Shown: positions 51,126 to 63,721 of the stretch, piece after piece
How positions within the stretch are numbered: the first letter of the stretch is position 1
How the letters are laid out: each line of letters starts with the position of its first letter
Source: Lama guanicoe
Lineage: Eukaryota
Length of the DNA stretch: 64,000 nucleotides
Assembly (NCBI GenBank): GCA_013239625.1
Contig: MU053994.1
Location: 4,383,434 to 4,447,433, forward strand
Reading direction: 5' to 3'
Program-made: the position numbers and the translations under genes
Notes under the pieces: model-generated
Seen by the model: the letters and a program-made list of their open reading frames with translations, nothing else
What the model was told of the DNA's origin: nothing
Databases searched by the model: none

Positions 51126-51789
51126 TTTTTGCGGGTGTCCTGATAATTGAACCATTTCAAGGAAACTAATTCTCAGTGAGCAGTAGTACAAAATCTGATG
51201 TATAAACAAGAATACAAATTAACATTGAGTATGGGGCAACAGCCAAGGAGATTCCATCCAGTGTCCAATGGGGTCAACACATTATATTGCTCATAAGAAA
51301 CATACTTGGGAAGCCAAATTATAATAGCTGATTATAGTTGGCATGGGGCCAGCCTTATCACACTGGTCATTTTGATCTCCTTACCATAAGGTTTAATAGT
51401 ATCTATCTCCTCTAAAATCTACTTTCTGAGTTGCCATATATTTGATAGCATTGTTCACAGAAACCCCTTCTCCTGGTTTGACAAATTTTTTATATTATGG
51501 TTCTCAGTTTCAAGAATGTATTGTCTTTTTCCTTGACAGGTTATCGTACTGATATCTTTAACATGAATTACATTATGGCGATACCTCTCTAGTAACCTTG
51601 ATGGTGTTTGGGAATTACTAAATCCTTTGAGGTATTTTAATATCTTCAGGAAAACTTGTTGGTAATAGAGAAGTCAAGACATTTTGAAGGACCATCGGGA
51701 AAACCTTTATTTGTTGTCACAGTCAAGTCATGCAGCATTATACTAGATAATCAGTTTCTTAGAGCTGAACAAAACCGTATCCACGCAAC

Positions 51790-52357
51790 TGTGGTAAACA
51801 GAGCCTAGAGTAACCCTCATGATCCCTGCCTCCTGGTATTCATGCCTTTGTGTCATCCTATCCTCTTAAGTGTGACCAGGATCTGTGATTTGTTTATAGC
51901 CAAGACACTACAGGCAAAGGTGATGAGATGTGTTTGATTATGTTACATATATTATAACTCCCATTTGCTGAGACACTCTCTTCTGTGCTGACTTTGAAGA
52001 AGCCAGCTGACAAGATATGAGCTTGCCTAAAGAGAGGACCATATGGCAAGCGATTGAGGGTGACCTCTGGCCAACAGCATCAAGAAACCAAAGTCCCCAG
52101 TCCAACAGTGTGCAAGAAACCGAATGCTGCCAACAGCCATCAGAGCTTGGAAATAGATTCTTCCCTAGCTGGACCTCAGATGAGACCGTCGCCCTAGACG
52201 ATACCTTGATTGTAGCTTAATAGTTCTTGGAGCACAGACTCTAGCTAAGCCATTCCTGGACTCCTCAGTCACAGAAAATGTGAGAAAAATCAATGTGTGC
52301 TGTTTAAGCCACTGAATTTTATAGTAATTTGTTTCATAGCCATAGAAAACCAGTGCA
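51790..52357 (+). mobile_element. MaLR solo LTR (MLT1E/F-like)
   Basis: tgtggta...tgatccctgcctcctggtattcatgcctttgtg...cctcagatgagacc...tgtgtgctgtttaagccact...atagaaaaccagtgca. Confidence 0.85.
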
Positions 52358-52799
52358 CCAATGGACCTTTCCCTTTTTAATGTTGTGTGTTTCTCCAAGT
52401 CATGACACTCCCACTAGACCTTATAGGAAATGTTTCTACAGAAAACCTCTTCTACTCATGATCAACTATCCCATATTTCAGTTTATGTGGTCCCAAGGAG
52501 TTCGAGAGAGTGCATACATGTATTTAAGACTCTAAGAGAGAATTCAATGACCTACTTCTCTCCCATCCCAATCTGAGGCCTGTCATTAATTTGTAGCCAA
52601 TATCTGCTCTTGGCCTCTTTGCTTCCTCCTCTGATTGGCTATATTTTCATATATCCAGAAATTTACACCTTTGCCTCAATCATAAGACAAAACAAAGCAA
52701 AAAAGACTTACATCTAAAGTTGATTAATTCTGTCCCTTTTGAGTGGAGTCTTGATTATTTCTCTTCCAGAGAGCAATCTTTTCCAAGGGTCTGCTCTCA

Positions 52800-53230
52800 A
52801 AATGGATGAGTAAGAGTTCAAGTGAAGAAGGGGAAGGAGAATGATCTAGGAACAAGTTCAGAGTGTACAAACTCCCCATGGTGGGAGAGCACACGATGTG
52901 AATGAAAGCAAAAGTAGTACATGATTGAGTTGGGAAGGTAAGATGGAGACACACTATGCAAAATTTTCATAAAGCACTTTAAAAATTTAGCTTTTTAACC
53001 TAAGAACAATGAGAAGCTGCTGCAGGATTTTAGGAGTGTAGGGGAGGTGGTATGATCAAAGCACTCTTTGAAAAAGATGAGTTTGACCTAAGCGAATGAG
53101 AGTATGGTGAATGCATAAGGAACAGTTGGGAGGTGATGAAAGAAGCCATCTAGTGAGAGACTATGAGAGCCTGGATTAGTGTGACAGCAATGAAAATGGA
53201 GAAGCGATGAAGATAACTGGACAGAGGATC
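52800..53230 (-). mobile_element. L2 LINE fragment
   Basis: aagaacaatgagaagctgctgcaggattttagg...tatgatcaaagcactctttgaaaaagat...gcaatgaaaatggagaag matches antisense L2. Confidence 0.65.
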
Positions 53231-53239
53231 CAAAAGTTA

Positions 53240-54230
53240 CTGCTCACCATTGTTTCTTAGACATTTCATTTCCCTCATCTTGGAAGAGTTTCTGATTTGG
53301 TTTTAATTCACCTGGAGAATTTCCTCAGTTTCTTTAGAAAGGATGCATAGTTAGGATACTCCCTGGGCCCTTGCACACCTGAAAATGTATCAATATTGCC
53401 TTCATAAGTAAATGAGAGTCGGGGGAGGGTACAGCTCAGTGGTAGAGTGCATGCTTAGCAAGCACAGGGTCCTGGGTTCAATCCCAAGTACCTCCAATAA
53501 AAAATAAATAAGTAAACCTAATTATCCCTCAAAAAAATAAAATTAAATAAAAAAATAAGTGAGAGTGGAGAGCATGGGCTGCTATGTTTTTCTCTCAAAA
53601 CTTCATAAATAAAATACTCTAACTTCTTATTTTATATTGCAGAAAAGAAACATGTTTCCTTTTGATTATCTTCTGTTTTGCTTTCACTTTTTTTTTCCCT
53701 GTCTGAAAGTTTCCAGGATACTTTATCCTAGATTTTCACCAGATATATCTAGGAGTGTATCTTCTGTCTCTTTCATCCTGTTTGGTACCCAATGAACACT
53801 TTGGATCTGAAAACTTGATTACTTTTGAAGCTCAGATAAGTGATTTTTCCCTAAAATTTCTTGAATTATTGCTTCCTTTCCTTCATTTTTACTTTCTCTC
53901 CTAGAAATCCTAGTCTTAGCATAAATCTCTTGGCTTGTTCTATAACATATTTCCTTTTTTTACTCATGATTTCTACTTCTTCATGTTTTGTTTCACTTTT
54001 TAAGATAGTTTCTTTATTTCAATTTTCAAATCACTTACTCAGTTTTCAGCAGCATCAATTCCATTTTTTCCACTTCTTTGAAATCATTACATTTGCAAAT
54101 CATTTTCTTTAAACTTCTAAAATCTTTTTGCTTTCTTATGATTTCTTTGTTGTATATCCTCTATTCTTCGTAAGAATTCTCATCACAGATTTTTTAAAGT
54201 TTTCTTCTAATATTGTAACTCCTCTCCTTT
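53240..54230 (-). mobile_element. Ancient L1ME/HAL1 remnant interrupted by a SINE
   Basis: cctgaaaatgtatcaatattgccttca...ttttcaccagatatatctaggagtgtatc matches antisense old L1 ORF1 region. Confidence 0.55.
53421..53555 (+). mobile_element. Camelid tRNA-Ala-derived SINE (vic-1 type)
   Basis: gggggagggtacagctcagtggtagagtgcatgcttagc...ggttcaatccc; TSD taa(a/g)tgagagt at 53409-53419 and 53556-53566. Confidence 0.92.
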
Positions 54231-56819
54231 GATCTGCCAAGTCCCTTTAACTGCCCTATGAGTCACATGTCCATGCCCATTCATTTCAGCCAGTGGAGAA
54301 ATCTCTCTCAGAACCATTGCAGGGAAGGTTGTTGGAGTCTGTTGGGCTACAGTAGCTTTATGGAAGAATGAGGTAAGAAATTTTTGATGTTTAACCACTT
54401 GTGAAACAACTAGGCTGATTGGTGCCGAGGACTTTATTATTTCAGTCTTGTCCATGTGTGAGCTTTGAGTGACTGTCATTTTGTGGCCCACTCGAAGGGG
54501 AGCAGTTCATAATAGCATCTCCCTCGGGGGTACCAACATCCATGGGATCAGCAGAGTGGCTCAGGGATTTGGTGGTGAGCAGGAAGGAAGGGTTGATCTC
54601 CCCAGATTTAGATGATCCCTACATTCTGCGGTCTGCCCTCTCAGAGAGTCTTGCAATCAGAGCTCCTTACTCCAGACTACACCAGAGAAAATAATTTCCT
54701 CCCTCTTGGTGACTGAAATCGTGCTACAGCAAAGGTGCCTTCTCCTAGCCTGGTTTCTGCAAGGTCATCTGGGAAGCCTGAAGATTCCTACCAGCTTCCT
54801 GGCTCAGGTACTGGGATCCCTTCCAGGTTCCTACAATGAAATATGGTCATCTCTACATCACCTTCCCCACTCCCACCCCAAAGACATGCACATATATAAG
54901 CTTTAACTTACTGATTGATTCACTCCAGTAGGAAGTTGAGGGGAACAGGAGAAAAGAAAAAAAAAAAACACACACACACACATGCTCAGGCTGCCATCTT
55001 CCCCAAATCCTTCCTCTAAGTATTTAGGATTTATACTCTTTTTCCCCCTTTCATCTGTACTAAAATCTCCTTAAAGGCAGGGATGTTAGATTTTCTTTTC
55101 TTTTAAGACAAATTGTATAATGAGGATAGGTTGATCCAACTCCAGTAGATTTGCTTAAAAGCACAGATGACATTCTAAACATGATTCATAATTGGTACAT
55201 GGGTGAGCCAAGTAAAGACACATACCTTGGAACTAACAACTAAGAAATATGGTCACATTAGCACCAGAAATTGATTTTTTTTCTCAAGCTGTTTGCCAAT
55301 TTTGTATTGATTAGTCGTTGTCCTTGAAAAAAAATCAAGAAATCAAGATACTATTGATCTGCATCAAGTACTTAAAGGGTTCTCAAGAAACTTTTGTGGA
55401 TTTTGATGAATTACGAAATAGAGTAAGACCATGGTAGACTGGTCTATGCCATTTTCATTGCTTAGATTTCTTAAATAGCTCTATGCACCCTTCTTTCTTA
55501 TCAACCGATATCACCTAGTTAATAAAACCTTTCTAATTCCCAAATCACTTCTAAGGTCTTGTGAAGTGGTTTTGAATAGTTTCATGACAAACCATCTTAG
55601 GAAGTGCTTGATCTGCCTTAAGGTCTTAAGTGTCCTGGTTCCTGAGTTGATCAATAGAAACATTCTTGAAGATGCATTGGTGAAAGTATAACGTACTTAA
55701 GCTCATACTTTTCTTCTGCTGTGAATGTAATTGGTTCCCATTTTAAGGAAAAGCATTTTGAGAACATAAGAACATTGAACACTGACTCTCTTTGGATACG
55801 GAAATAAGGAACAAGGACACTCTAAACAAAGTCAGAAAGAAGGGATTAAGTAAGAAACGTTAAGTAAGAAAAATCACCAAACCCCCTTAAAGAAGCATTC
55901 TGAGGAAGAGTCAAAGGTTTACAAAACTGAAGAGAGTCTATTCTCCCTTCTTCTAGTGCAAATAAAATGGAGGTTTTTCCTTTTACTTTCTAAGTTTAGA
56001 TGAGACTAAAGAGGCTCAGGTGGCCCTGAGAGCCTCAGAATTGAGATTATTATGTAGAGATGATAACTGGAGAAGTCTCAACCTGGGGTTCGACTTAATT
56101 GGCTTCTGTCTACAGGACCCTGTATTATTTATCCCAATATGGCTCCAAAATTCTCTGCTTCCCTGCAAAGTAGATGTTCCTGAAGATTACCTCCTGCCTA
56201 TCAGACGGAGTCTCTGTTAGTTGAAATGTTTTGTAATAGTTCTTGCTTCCATCGTAGCTCAGCTGGACTCAGGAAGGGAAGGGAGGCAGGTAGCTAGGGT
56301 AGATTTAGCAGACATGGGGCTAGATCTCATTGGCATGTGTTTTAGGAAATGGTTTGGTATGATTCCCACTTGTCCTAATAAAAATTTCTACCACCACGCT
56401 AGGCACCGGTAGTCTGCTTAGAACCTGGCAAGAGAAATCCTTGATCTGAAACTCTAGTTTTAGACAGTCCCATTCTGACCCTCCCCAAACTGCACCCTCC
56501 TACACCAGGTGAGGAGTCCATGGAGCCAAAGGGTCTGAGTATCCTAACTTGAACCAGGACTTCCAGATATTTATGAAAATATATTTGTCAAATAGGAGGA
56601 TAAAATATATTTCCTTCCACTTTTTGCTAGCTTGATTTATAAGCTTTGTATTTTACATTAAAAAAGTATGTGAGCCTTCATTTGTACTCCTGACCTGGTC
56701 CCCACAAATGGTAGGAATGGGTCTGCTTGTCCCTACAGGGAATAGGGGTAGGAGAAGACCCCACTTGACCAACTCCTGGACCAGTTCCAGGACTGTTCCT
56801 TTCCTATCTCAGAACAAGA

Positions 56820-56960
56820 CTTTCAGTGACTGTGTGTTTGTGGCTCTCCCAGTAACTAATTGGGGGACCTCTGCATGTTACTTCCTCTGAGTCCCAGTTT
56901 TTCCCATCTGTAAAACAAGAAGACTGAACAAGGTGAGCTGAAGATTCCCTCCAGTTCTTC
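56820..56960 (+). mobile_element. MIR3-like SINE fragment
   Basis: cctctgagtcccagtttttcccatctgtaaaacaagaagactgaacaagg...aagattccctccagttct. Confidence 0.7.
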
Positions 56961-57939
56961 CACCACTAAGAGGGGTGAAGACTAGATAACTACTCTTGGC
57001 TCCTCAGGGTTCACTGGGATCTTTAAATACTTTTGAACCAAGGCTTCTGTGGATAAAACAGGGTGAGTCCTCAGTACACATTTGTGTCCTGAGTAGGCAA
57101 TGAAGTTGCACTAGATCTCGCCAATTTATGCATAAGAAAATGAATTTGATGATACTGATAACTTCAGTTTCACCAGTTTCTACCCACATGCTTAAGGTAA
57201 GAGCCCTTGCCCTCCTCAAAATTTCACCCAACCTGGGGCATCCCCAGGGTTTCTTAATAATTGTTAGGTTTCTTCACTCTAGGATGCTATGTTAGTGTCT
57301 GCTAGAGAGTGCCTTTCCCCTGGACCCTCCACATTGCACCTGTCGCCCCTGTGAGTGACGGACAGCATGAATAGTGGTGCTAGGGTGCCATCTCTGGATG
57401 CCCCCGAGGCTACAGTCCTACAGAATGAGGGGCAACCATTGTGCACACCACATTGACGGAAGAGGAATGCCCCTCTGTCCTTTTCTTCCTTTCATTTCGT
57501 AATTTGTCCCTGAGATATGCAGCAGAATAAGCACGCTCCCCTGTCTCACATCATCATATGAAAGCAGATTTCCTCTCAAAAGGACTCAGCCACAGCACCA
57601 AGGACCATAGGACAGACCCGGACACTGGCTTCGACATCTCTGCTCAGGTGCTGAATGTCCTCTGGCCCCTTTCCCCACATAAATATCAATCAGGCAGATG
57701 CCAGTGGGTTACTGGTCCACTAACTTACCAGTTATACCACATATGTGAGCACAACCGGGACACAACAAATTAGTGTATGAATGAGTGAGATAACTAAATA
57801 CCAGGAAAGTGATGGAGTACAATGATTGGCTGACTCTGTGAACATTTCAGATATTCATTCAGCTACACATTGTGGAGTTTAACTGTATATATTAGGCCTC
57901 AGTGAATGGTTCTTGCATTTGGGGCAATAGAGAAAGTTA

Positions 57940-58385
57940 ATCATTAATATTCACTGAGTTCTTATGATATGCCAGGAACTGGAATATACATTTACGTGAA
58001 TTATCTTATTTATTCCTTTAGGTAGGGGCTGGCAAACTTTTTCTATAAATGACCAGATAGTAAATTATTTCCAGTTTTGTGAGCCATAACATCTCGGTTA
58101 TATATACTTTTCAGCTCTGAAAGCCAAAATGTAAACAAATGGATTTGGCTGTGTTCCAATAAAATTTTGTTTATAAAAATATGTTGCAAACTGAATTTGC
58201 CCACAAGCCATAATTTGCTGACTCTGGCCTGACAAAATTCATGAGGCTGGTACTATTTGCATCTTCCTTTAATAGGCAAGGAGACTGATGTGTAAAGAGG
58301 CTAAGCAGTTCACCCCAGATCTCAGATACTAAGGAGTAGAACTGGGATTTGAACCTAAGCAGTCTGATTCCAGAGCTAGTGCTGA
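57940..58385 (-). mobile_element. MIR SINE split by MER58A
   Basis: cactgagttcttatgatatgccagg...ttatcttatttattcc, then ggagactga...agaactgggatttgaacctaagcagtctgattccagagc. Confidence 0.75.
58023..58226 (+). mobile_element. MER58A-like hAT-Charlie MITE
   Basis: aggggctggcaaactttttctataaatgaccagatagtaaat...ggctgtgttccaataaaattt...gccataatttgctgactctg with degenerate TIRs. Confidence 0.85.
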
Positions 58386-58769
58386 GTACTTTCCGGCCTT
58401 TGGCAGTAAATTACAAGCTACCCTTACGTGGAAAACTTAAGATCTGGGACCTGCCTGTGAATCTGGATTACACGTGGGCTTAATGTTTCCTTCCTTAGTC
58501 GTCGTCATCGCCAACACAGAGCTTGATATATACTGATCATCCATTTTTTAAAACAGCCAGTAACAAATGAAAGGTCATTTTTCTTGCTTTGAAATATCAG
58601 AAAAGGGTGGTGTATGCTCCATCTAACAACTCTTAATTAGAGAATTGCAGTAGTCATGACTTCTTAATTGTTCTAATGATATGATCTCATTTACTACTCA
58701 TTTATTTTCTTTCCAACATGGCCCCTCAGGTCAGCTCTAGCTTTCATAAGGAGGCATGAGACAATAATA

Positions 58770-59010
58770 ATAATACTAATAATTCTATCAACACATTTGT
58801 ATAGTACTACTTTAAGCCACTCATTCTTCTAAGCACTTTGAATATATGAATTAATTTAAGCTTCACAGCAACCATTTTACAGATGAAGAAACTAAGACCT
58901 AAGTGTTAAGTAGCTTGGCCAAGGGTAAAATACCAGTAAGTGGCACAACTGGAATTTGAATCCAGGCAGTCTAGATCTAGAATCCAATCACTCTTAATCA
59001 CTATGCCTGA
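58770..59010 (-). mobile_element. MIR SINE
   Basis: ccattttacagatgaagaaactaag...ggaatttgaatccaggcagtct. Confidence 0.8.
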
Positions 59011-59204
59011 TTGCTTTCAAGAAGAATTTTTAAATATAGTAAAAACTAAAATTTGTCATTTTGGTAGGTCACCTCTGTGCAGACAGATGTAAATTGTGTT
59101 TCATGATTTATTATGAAAGAGTCCTCTACTTTCTTCCTTATTAGAGAGATTGTAACATTCCTTGAGTGTGAAGGTCTGAGGTCACACCCATCACCAGTAT
59201 CTCT

Positions 59205-59383
59205 TTATAGTTAATTTACAGTGTTGTGTTAGCTTCTTGTGTACAGCACAGTGACTCAGTTATACACATATATATTCCTTTTCATATTCTTTTTCATTAT
59301 AGGTTATTACATGGTATTGAATATAGTTCCCTGTGCTATATAGTAGGACCTTGCTGTTTATCTGCTTTGTATATATTGTTTGT
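59205..59383 (-). mobile_element. Short LINE-1 3'UTR fragment
   Basis: gtattgaatatagttccctgtgctatatagtaggaccttg is shared with the copies near 32600 and 34140. Confidence 0.8.
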
Positions 59384-59623
59384 TCTTGTTCACTCTTGAC
59401 GTTGGTAATCTGTGAAGATGCCAGTGACCATCCACTGAGATGATTTAGAGAAGTGATCATTTGAGTGCTGAGAGTTGGGGGAGTGGATATGAGGCACCTC
59501 AGGGATCCCCAGGGACATGGATATTGACATTGTGAAATTGAAGCATTTTTCTTTCTCACCTTAATGGTTTTTGACCTCAAATTTTCTGTCTTGAAACTTT
59601 ACTCCCTTCAGAGATGCCACAGA

Positions 59624-59928
59624 TAGTATTGCTGGGCCACCGATACCTCCTTGGAGTTTCCCACTTCCCTACAGGCAATCCAGTTTCTTACTGCCAGCAT
59701 CTGTGCGTCTTTGCCCACACACTCACTCTGGCCACCCAAGCCCTCTCTGCCCACAAGCGTGGCAGGCTGAAAGTGCCGGGGAACTAAGCAATGATTAATG
59801 AGAGTTGGTGTATAAATACCCCAGCACCATCACCCTTCGGGCAGAATAATTCTGAGACACGTGTATTACTATGGCTCTCAGAACTCAGAGGATTAAGTTC
59901 CAGTTGTCCACAGTGGAAACTGGCTTCA
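59624..59928 (+). mobile_element. ERVL LTR fragment (LTR16A-like)
   Basis: gaaagtgccggggaactaa...gagagttggtgtataaataccccagc...ataattctgag...ggattaagttccagttgtccacagtgg. Confidence 0.7.
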
Positions 59929-59932
59929 TAAC

Positions 59933-60115
59933 TATATCAATCAGGGTTCCATCAGAGAAAAAAAGCTGGTCATATATATGATGCGTGTGTATGAAATCGA
60001 TTACAAAGAATTGACCTATATGATTATGTGATTGTGGAGCCTGGCAAGTGTGAAATCCATGGGGTGGGCCTTCGGGAAGGACAGGTTTGAGCTCTGAGGC
60101 AGGAGCTGGTGCTCT
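59933..60115 (-). mobile_element. ERVL LTR fragment (MLT2-like)
   Basis: tcagggttccatcagaga...aaagaattgacc...gtgattgtggagcctggcaagtgtgaaatc matches antisense MLT2. Confidence 0.7.
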
Positions 60116-61109
60116 TCATACTCTAAGGGTCTGAGTGTCACATCATTTGGGAAGCCTTGCCTCCTCACCCCACTCTCCTCTTTGGCTCAGGCGCTTCTCC
60201 TCTTTGGTCTACCACATTTGTCTCCTGTCTATATGCTAGCTTCTGTTCTGTAGCTGTCTGTCTCCTGCTTGAGAACAACCACCATTATTTCTTGGTGCCT
60301 ACCTTCTGCTTCAGCACCTGACACAAGATGGTCAGCGAGTGTTTGAAAAGAATTGAATGAGCCCAGTCAGCTCCTGGAACCATAGCATCATGTGTTTGCT
60401 CTGAACTGAGAGGACCTAGAATATATTTGTATTTCAAGTGTCATAATTTTCATGGAGTAACAAATACCCCCTTTACAAGGCTTTTAGGTACTTTTCTATG
60501 TATTTTACCTCGTTTGGGATATTTTTATAAATGGAAGACATTTTTCCACATTGCCGTCTTCCATATCGCCCACCTGGCTCCACTCCCAAGAATACCCAAC
60601 AAGTTTATTATATTGGTAGATTTGCAAAGTAGCTTTCACGAGTAAGAATGCCATTCATCTGTGAGAATCCAGCAGAGTTTGCTGGAGGCAACTTGCCAGG
60701 AAGGCAAAGATGCTGAGTGGTTGCTAGTTCACTGAACCATCCATTGGACTTCTCCATTCTAAATAGAAATGATTGCTAAAGATGATTTTCTAATTGGTAG
60801 ACTTTCTGCTGAAACATGAAACCTCTCAAGGTACTGCCTCTATGTGTGGGACTCATCTGCCCTTTTCTTGCTCTCAAGACCATCCATTTCCCAGGAGCGA
60901 AATCCATTTCTGCCTTACCTGTAGGCTCACCTTATTCCAGGCTTTGAGACGTAGCCTCATGTGTGCTGTGTGAATGTGGGTAGTGGGGACCCATCCTATT
61001 GCCAAGTCCTAAACCCTAATGTTCAAGTAATGAGAGAGGAAACCTGGCCCACTCTTAGTGTGAATGGATGTCATTGGTAATCGTTCCCACAGAGCTAAAA
61101 GCGATACTA

Positions 61110-61300
61110 GCAGCAGCTACTATTTATCAAGAACGATTTGCCAGACCCCCACACTGAGATTTTTATGTACATGACAGCATCTAATCTTCACAATCAGCCT
61201 GTGAGGTAGATTCTGTGAGCCCCATTTTACAGCTGAGGAAACTGTGGTCACACAGGTAATAAACTAGGGGAAATTTAAGGAATCTTGAGTTCAAATCTCA
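61110..61300 (-). mobile_element. MIR SINE
   Basis: aatcttcacaatcagcctgtgaggtag...cccattttacagctgaggaaactg. Confidence 0.75.
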
Positions 61301-63521
61301 GAATCTCTGATTAAATAAGATTTACTGTGAGTCCAGCTCTGATCTTTTGCTTTCATTCTGAACCCGAGTCTCTTGTCTTCATAAAAATGTTAATGAAGAT
61401 GGTGTCGCAAACTTTAATTTATTGAGGCCCTACTGTGTGCCTTGTGCTATGTATTTAACTAACCAAGAGATAGTGCTAGAATTCAAACCTAAGGCAACCT
61501 ATACCAGAGCCTGGGATCTTCCTATAGCAGAATAGACCCCTGTTTCCTTAAGGATGAGGCTTAAGCTAGCTTTCTCCAGTTGTCCTAGTAATTGTGGCCT
61601 TGCACAGGGACTCCAGCCATGTGACTGAGGGCTGGCTTCCTTCCCAACCCCCACTGCCTCTATTCCAATTGAATCTCAGCTCACCTTCTGTCCCAGATCG
61701 GCTGTTGCAGATCTTCTGGCACCATTGGCTGCCTGTCTGCTGGGCATCCCATTGCTACCTCCCTGCCCCAAGCAGCTGGCTCTGCTGCCTCCTATCACCT
61801 GACCGCATGCTCCCCTGTCTGATTGGCCTCCCCTCTCATGTACATCTGGATTTGTCTGCGAGCACCTGACCCCCTTCCAGAGGAGAGTATCTCACTTTTC
61901 AGGTCAAAGCCTCAGCTTCTCTGGCCTAGCCCCAGTTTTTGAGGTTTGAGAGCCCATTTTGAAGAACCAGGGACAGCCTTCATCTCTAAGATCTATACAT
62001 TAATGAATGACAAATCAAGACATAAAGACTTCTTTCAAGATCTGACTCAAGTGACTGAATTCGCAAAGTACATTTACTTCTCTTGAGGCACATAACAATT
62101 TCTGTCATATTTAAGCATATTTATATCTTATGCATTTAATTTTTCATTCAGAATACATGCCTCGTTAGGGCAAGAATAAGATTAATTCATATTTGTGACG
62201 CTCAAGGTACAAGCAAAGTGGGGAAAAACTAGGTGTCTTGAAATGTAATCTCCTCAACGATTCAAATAATCTTCATTCAAATTTCTAAACTCACAAACAT
62301 TTATAATTTGTCAAGAAAAAGCATTTTTATCATTCATAAAATATTAATAATAAAAATCAGGTATTGTTTTAAAGACACTAAAACTAACTCAGAGAAGAGT
62401 TTAGTTCATGCAAAAGAATGACATGAAGTAATAGATTCGTTTTTCTGAGATTTGTAAAATCGCTGACTTTATAAACTCAAACCCAGTCAAACTGTGAAGT
62501 CCAGTCTATTGAAAGCATTTTTATTCTATACTGAAAATGCTCACAATCCAGTATAAGGAGTAAATGGATATTGAAATTCTGGTGAAACGTGAGTCAAACT
62601 CTGCTTAGCGTAATCAAATGCACAGTGGTCAAAGAGAAATTCACTGATGTGTATTGACCTGTTTTGCCTGAGTCATTTATTTGGGACAAAAAGACATTCT
62701 GCCATTATATCTGTGAACTTAATCAAACACAGTCGCCTACCACACACTGACAACATTGTCAGTCCCCAGTCAATTATTAATAAAAAATGGCCCTCCCTGC
62801 TACCATCCCCGTGAGTGGGCAGATTTTCTAACCATAATCACCTGAAGTCTTTGTAATTTAAAGGCCTAATTTTCTGCCCTCATTTTCATAAAGCCTTTTA
62901 TAGCAGGCACAATACACTCCAGTGGGTAAGTAATGTAGCATATCCTTGGTACATGCAAAGATTACTTCATTAATTACAAAGAAAAACTATAAAAGAGGCC
63001 ACCTACTTTCCACAATGTGTTTGCAGAAAATGCCATAGGTGGGCATTTAAAATTATTTGGGTGTACATAGAATTATCTTAAACATCTGTATCCAGTTTTA
63101 CACATACAGTGTCTTAAAAGACAAACATTATTGTAAAGGGTTATTTTCCAAAGAGCAGATTCCTTTCCTATCCCTCAGCTGACTGCTGGTCTTAGGAGAC
63201 AACTGCTTCCAACTACTTCGGCGCTTTTGATTCTGGTATATAACAGCCTGACTGCTACTTTTATTTTTTCTTTCTGTTTTCAATATTGTCTGCTGATTTC
63301 CTACTATGAGAGAGGCGTATTCAGCGCTCTTAGACATGCCTCAGTTTTCAAACACCCCTCCTAATTAGTACATTTCCCTTCCCCTTATTTTTTGGGGAGA
63401 TCAACATTCTGTTTTGCATTCTTATGACAAGCTTAACATAATTGTGGATTTAGCCATGCAGTTGCCATGCTTGTATTTCATTTCCTGTAAAACTATTTTT
63501 AAAATTTCCTCAAAATTAATA

Positions 63522-63721
63522 CAGTTGACCCTGAACAACACAGGGTGGAAGTGTGTGGGTGCACTCATACGTGGATTTTTTTTCAGTAGTAAATACTGCG
63601 GTAATACACAGTCTGGGTTTGTTGAATCCACGGATGCGAACAGCAGATACAAAGAGCTGACTGTAAGTTATGTGCAGATCTTCAACTCTGGATGGTCGGG
63701 GCGCCCCTAACCTCGGCATTG
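63522..63721 (+). mobile_element. Tigger2a-like TcMar MITE lacking most of its right TIR
   Basis: TA followed by cagttgaccctgaacaacacaggg (left TIR)...gttgaatccacggatgcg...ggcgcccctaacc; the expected ttcaagggtcaactg end is absent. Confidence 0.8.

Noticed and set aside
55350..55680. Possible L3/CR1 fragments
   Set aside because: Similarity too weak to support by eye.
57330..57410. Possible CTCF motifs in a GC-richer patch
   Set aside because: Only half of the CCASYAGRKGGCRS core matches, which is chance level.
63128..63337. 69-aa basic minus-strand ORF with an ATG start
   Set aside because: Short, no recognisable homology and expected by chance.
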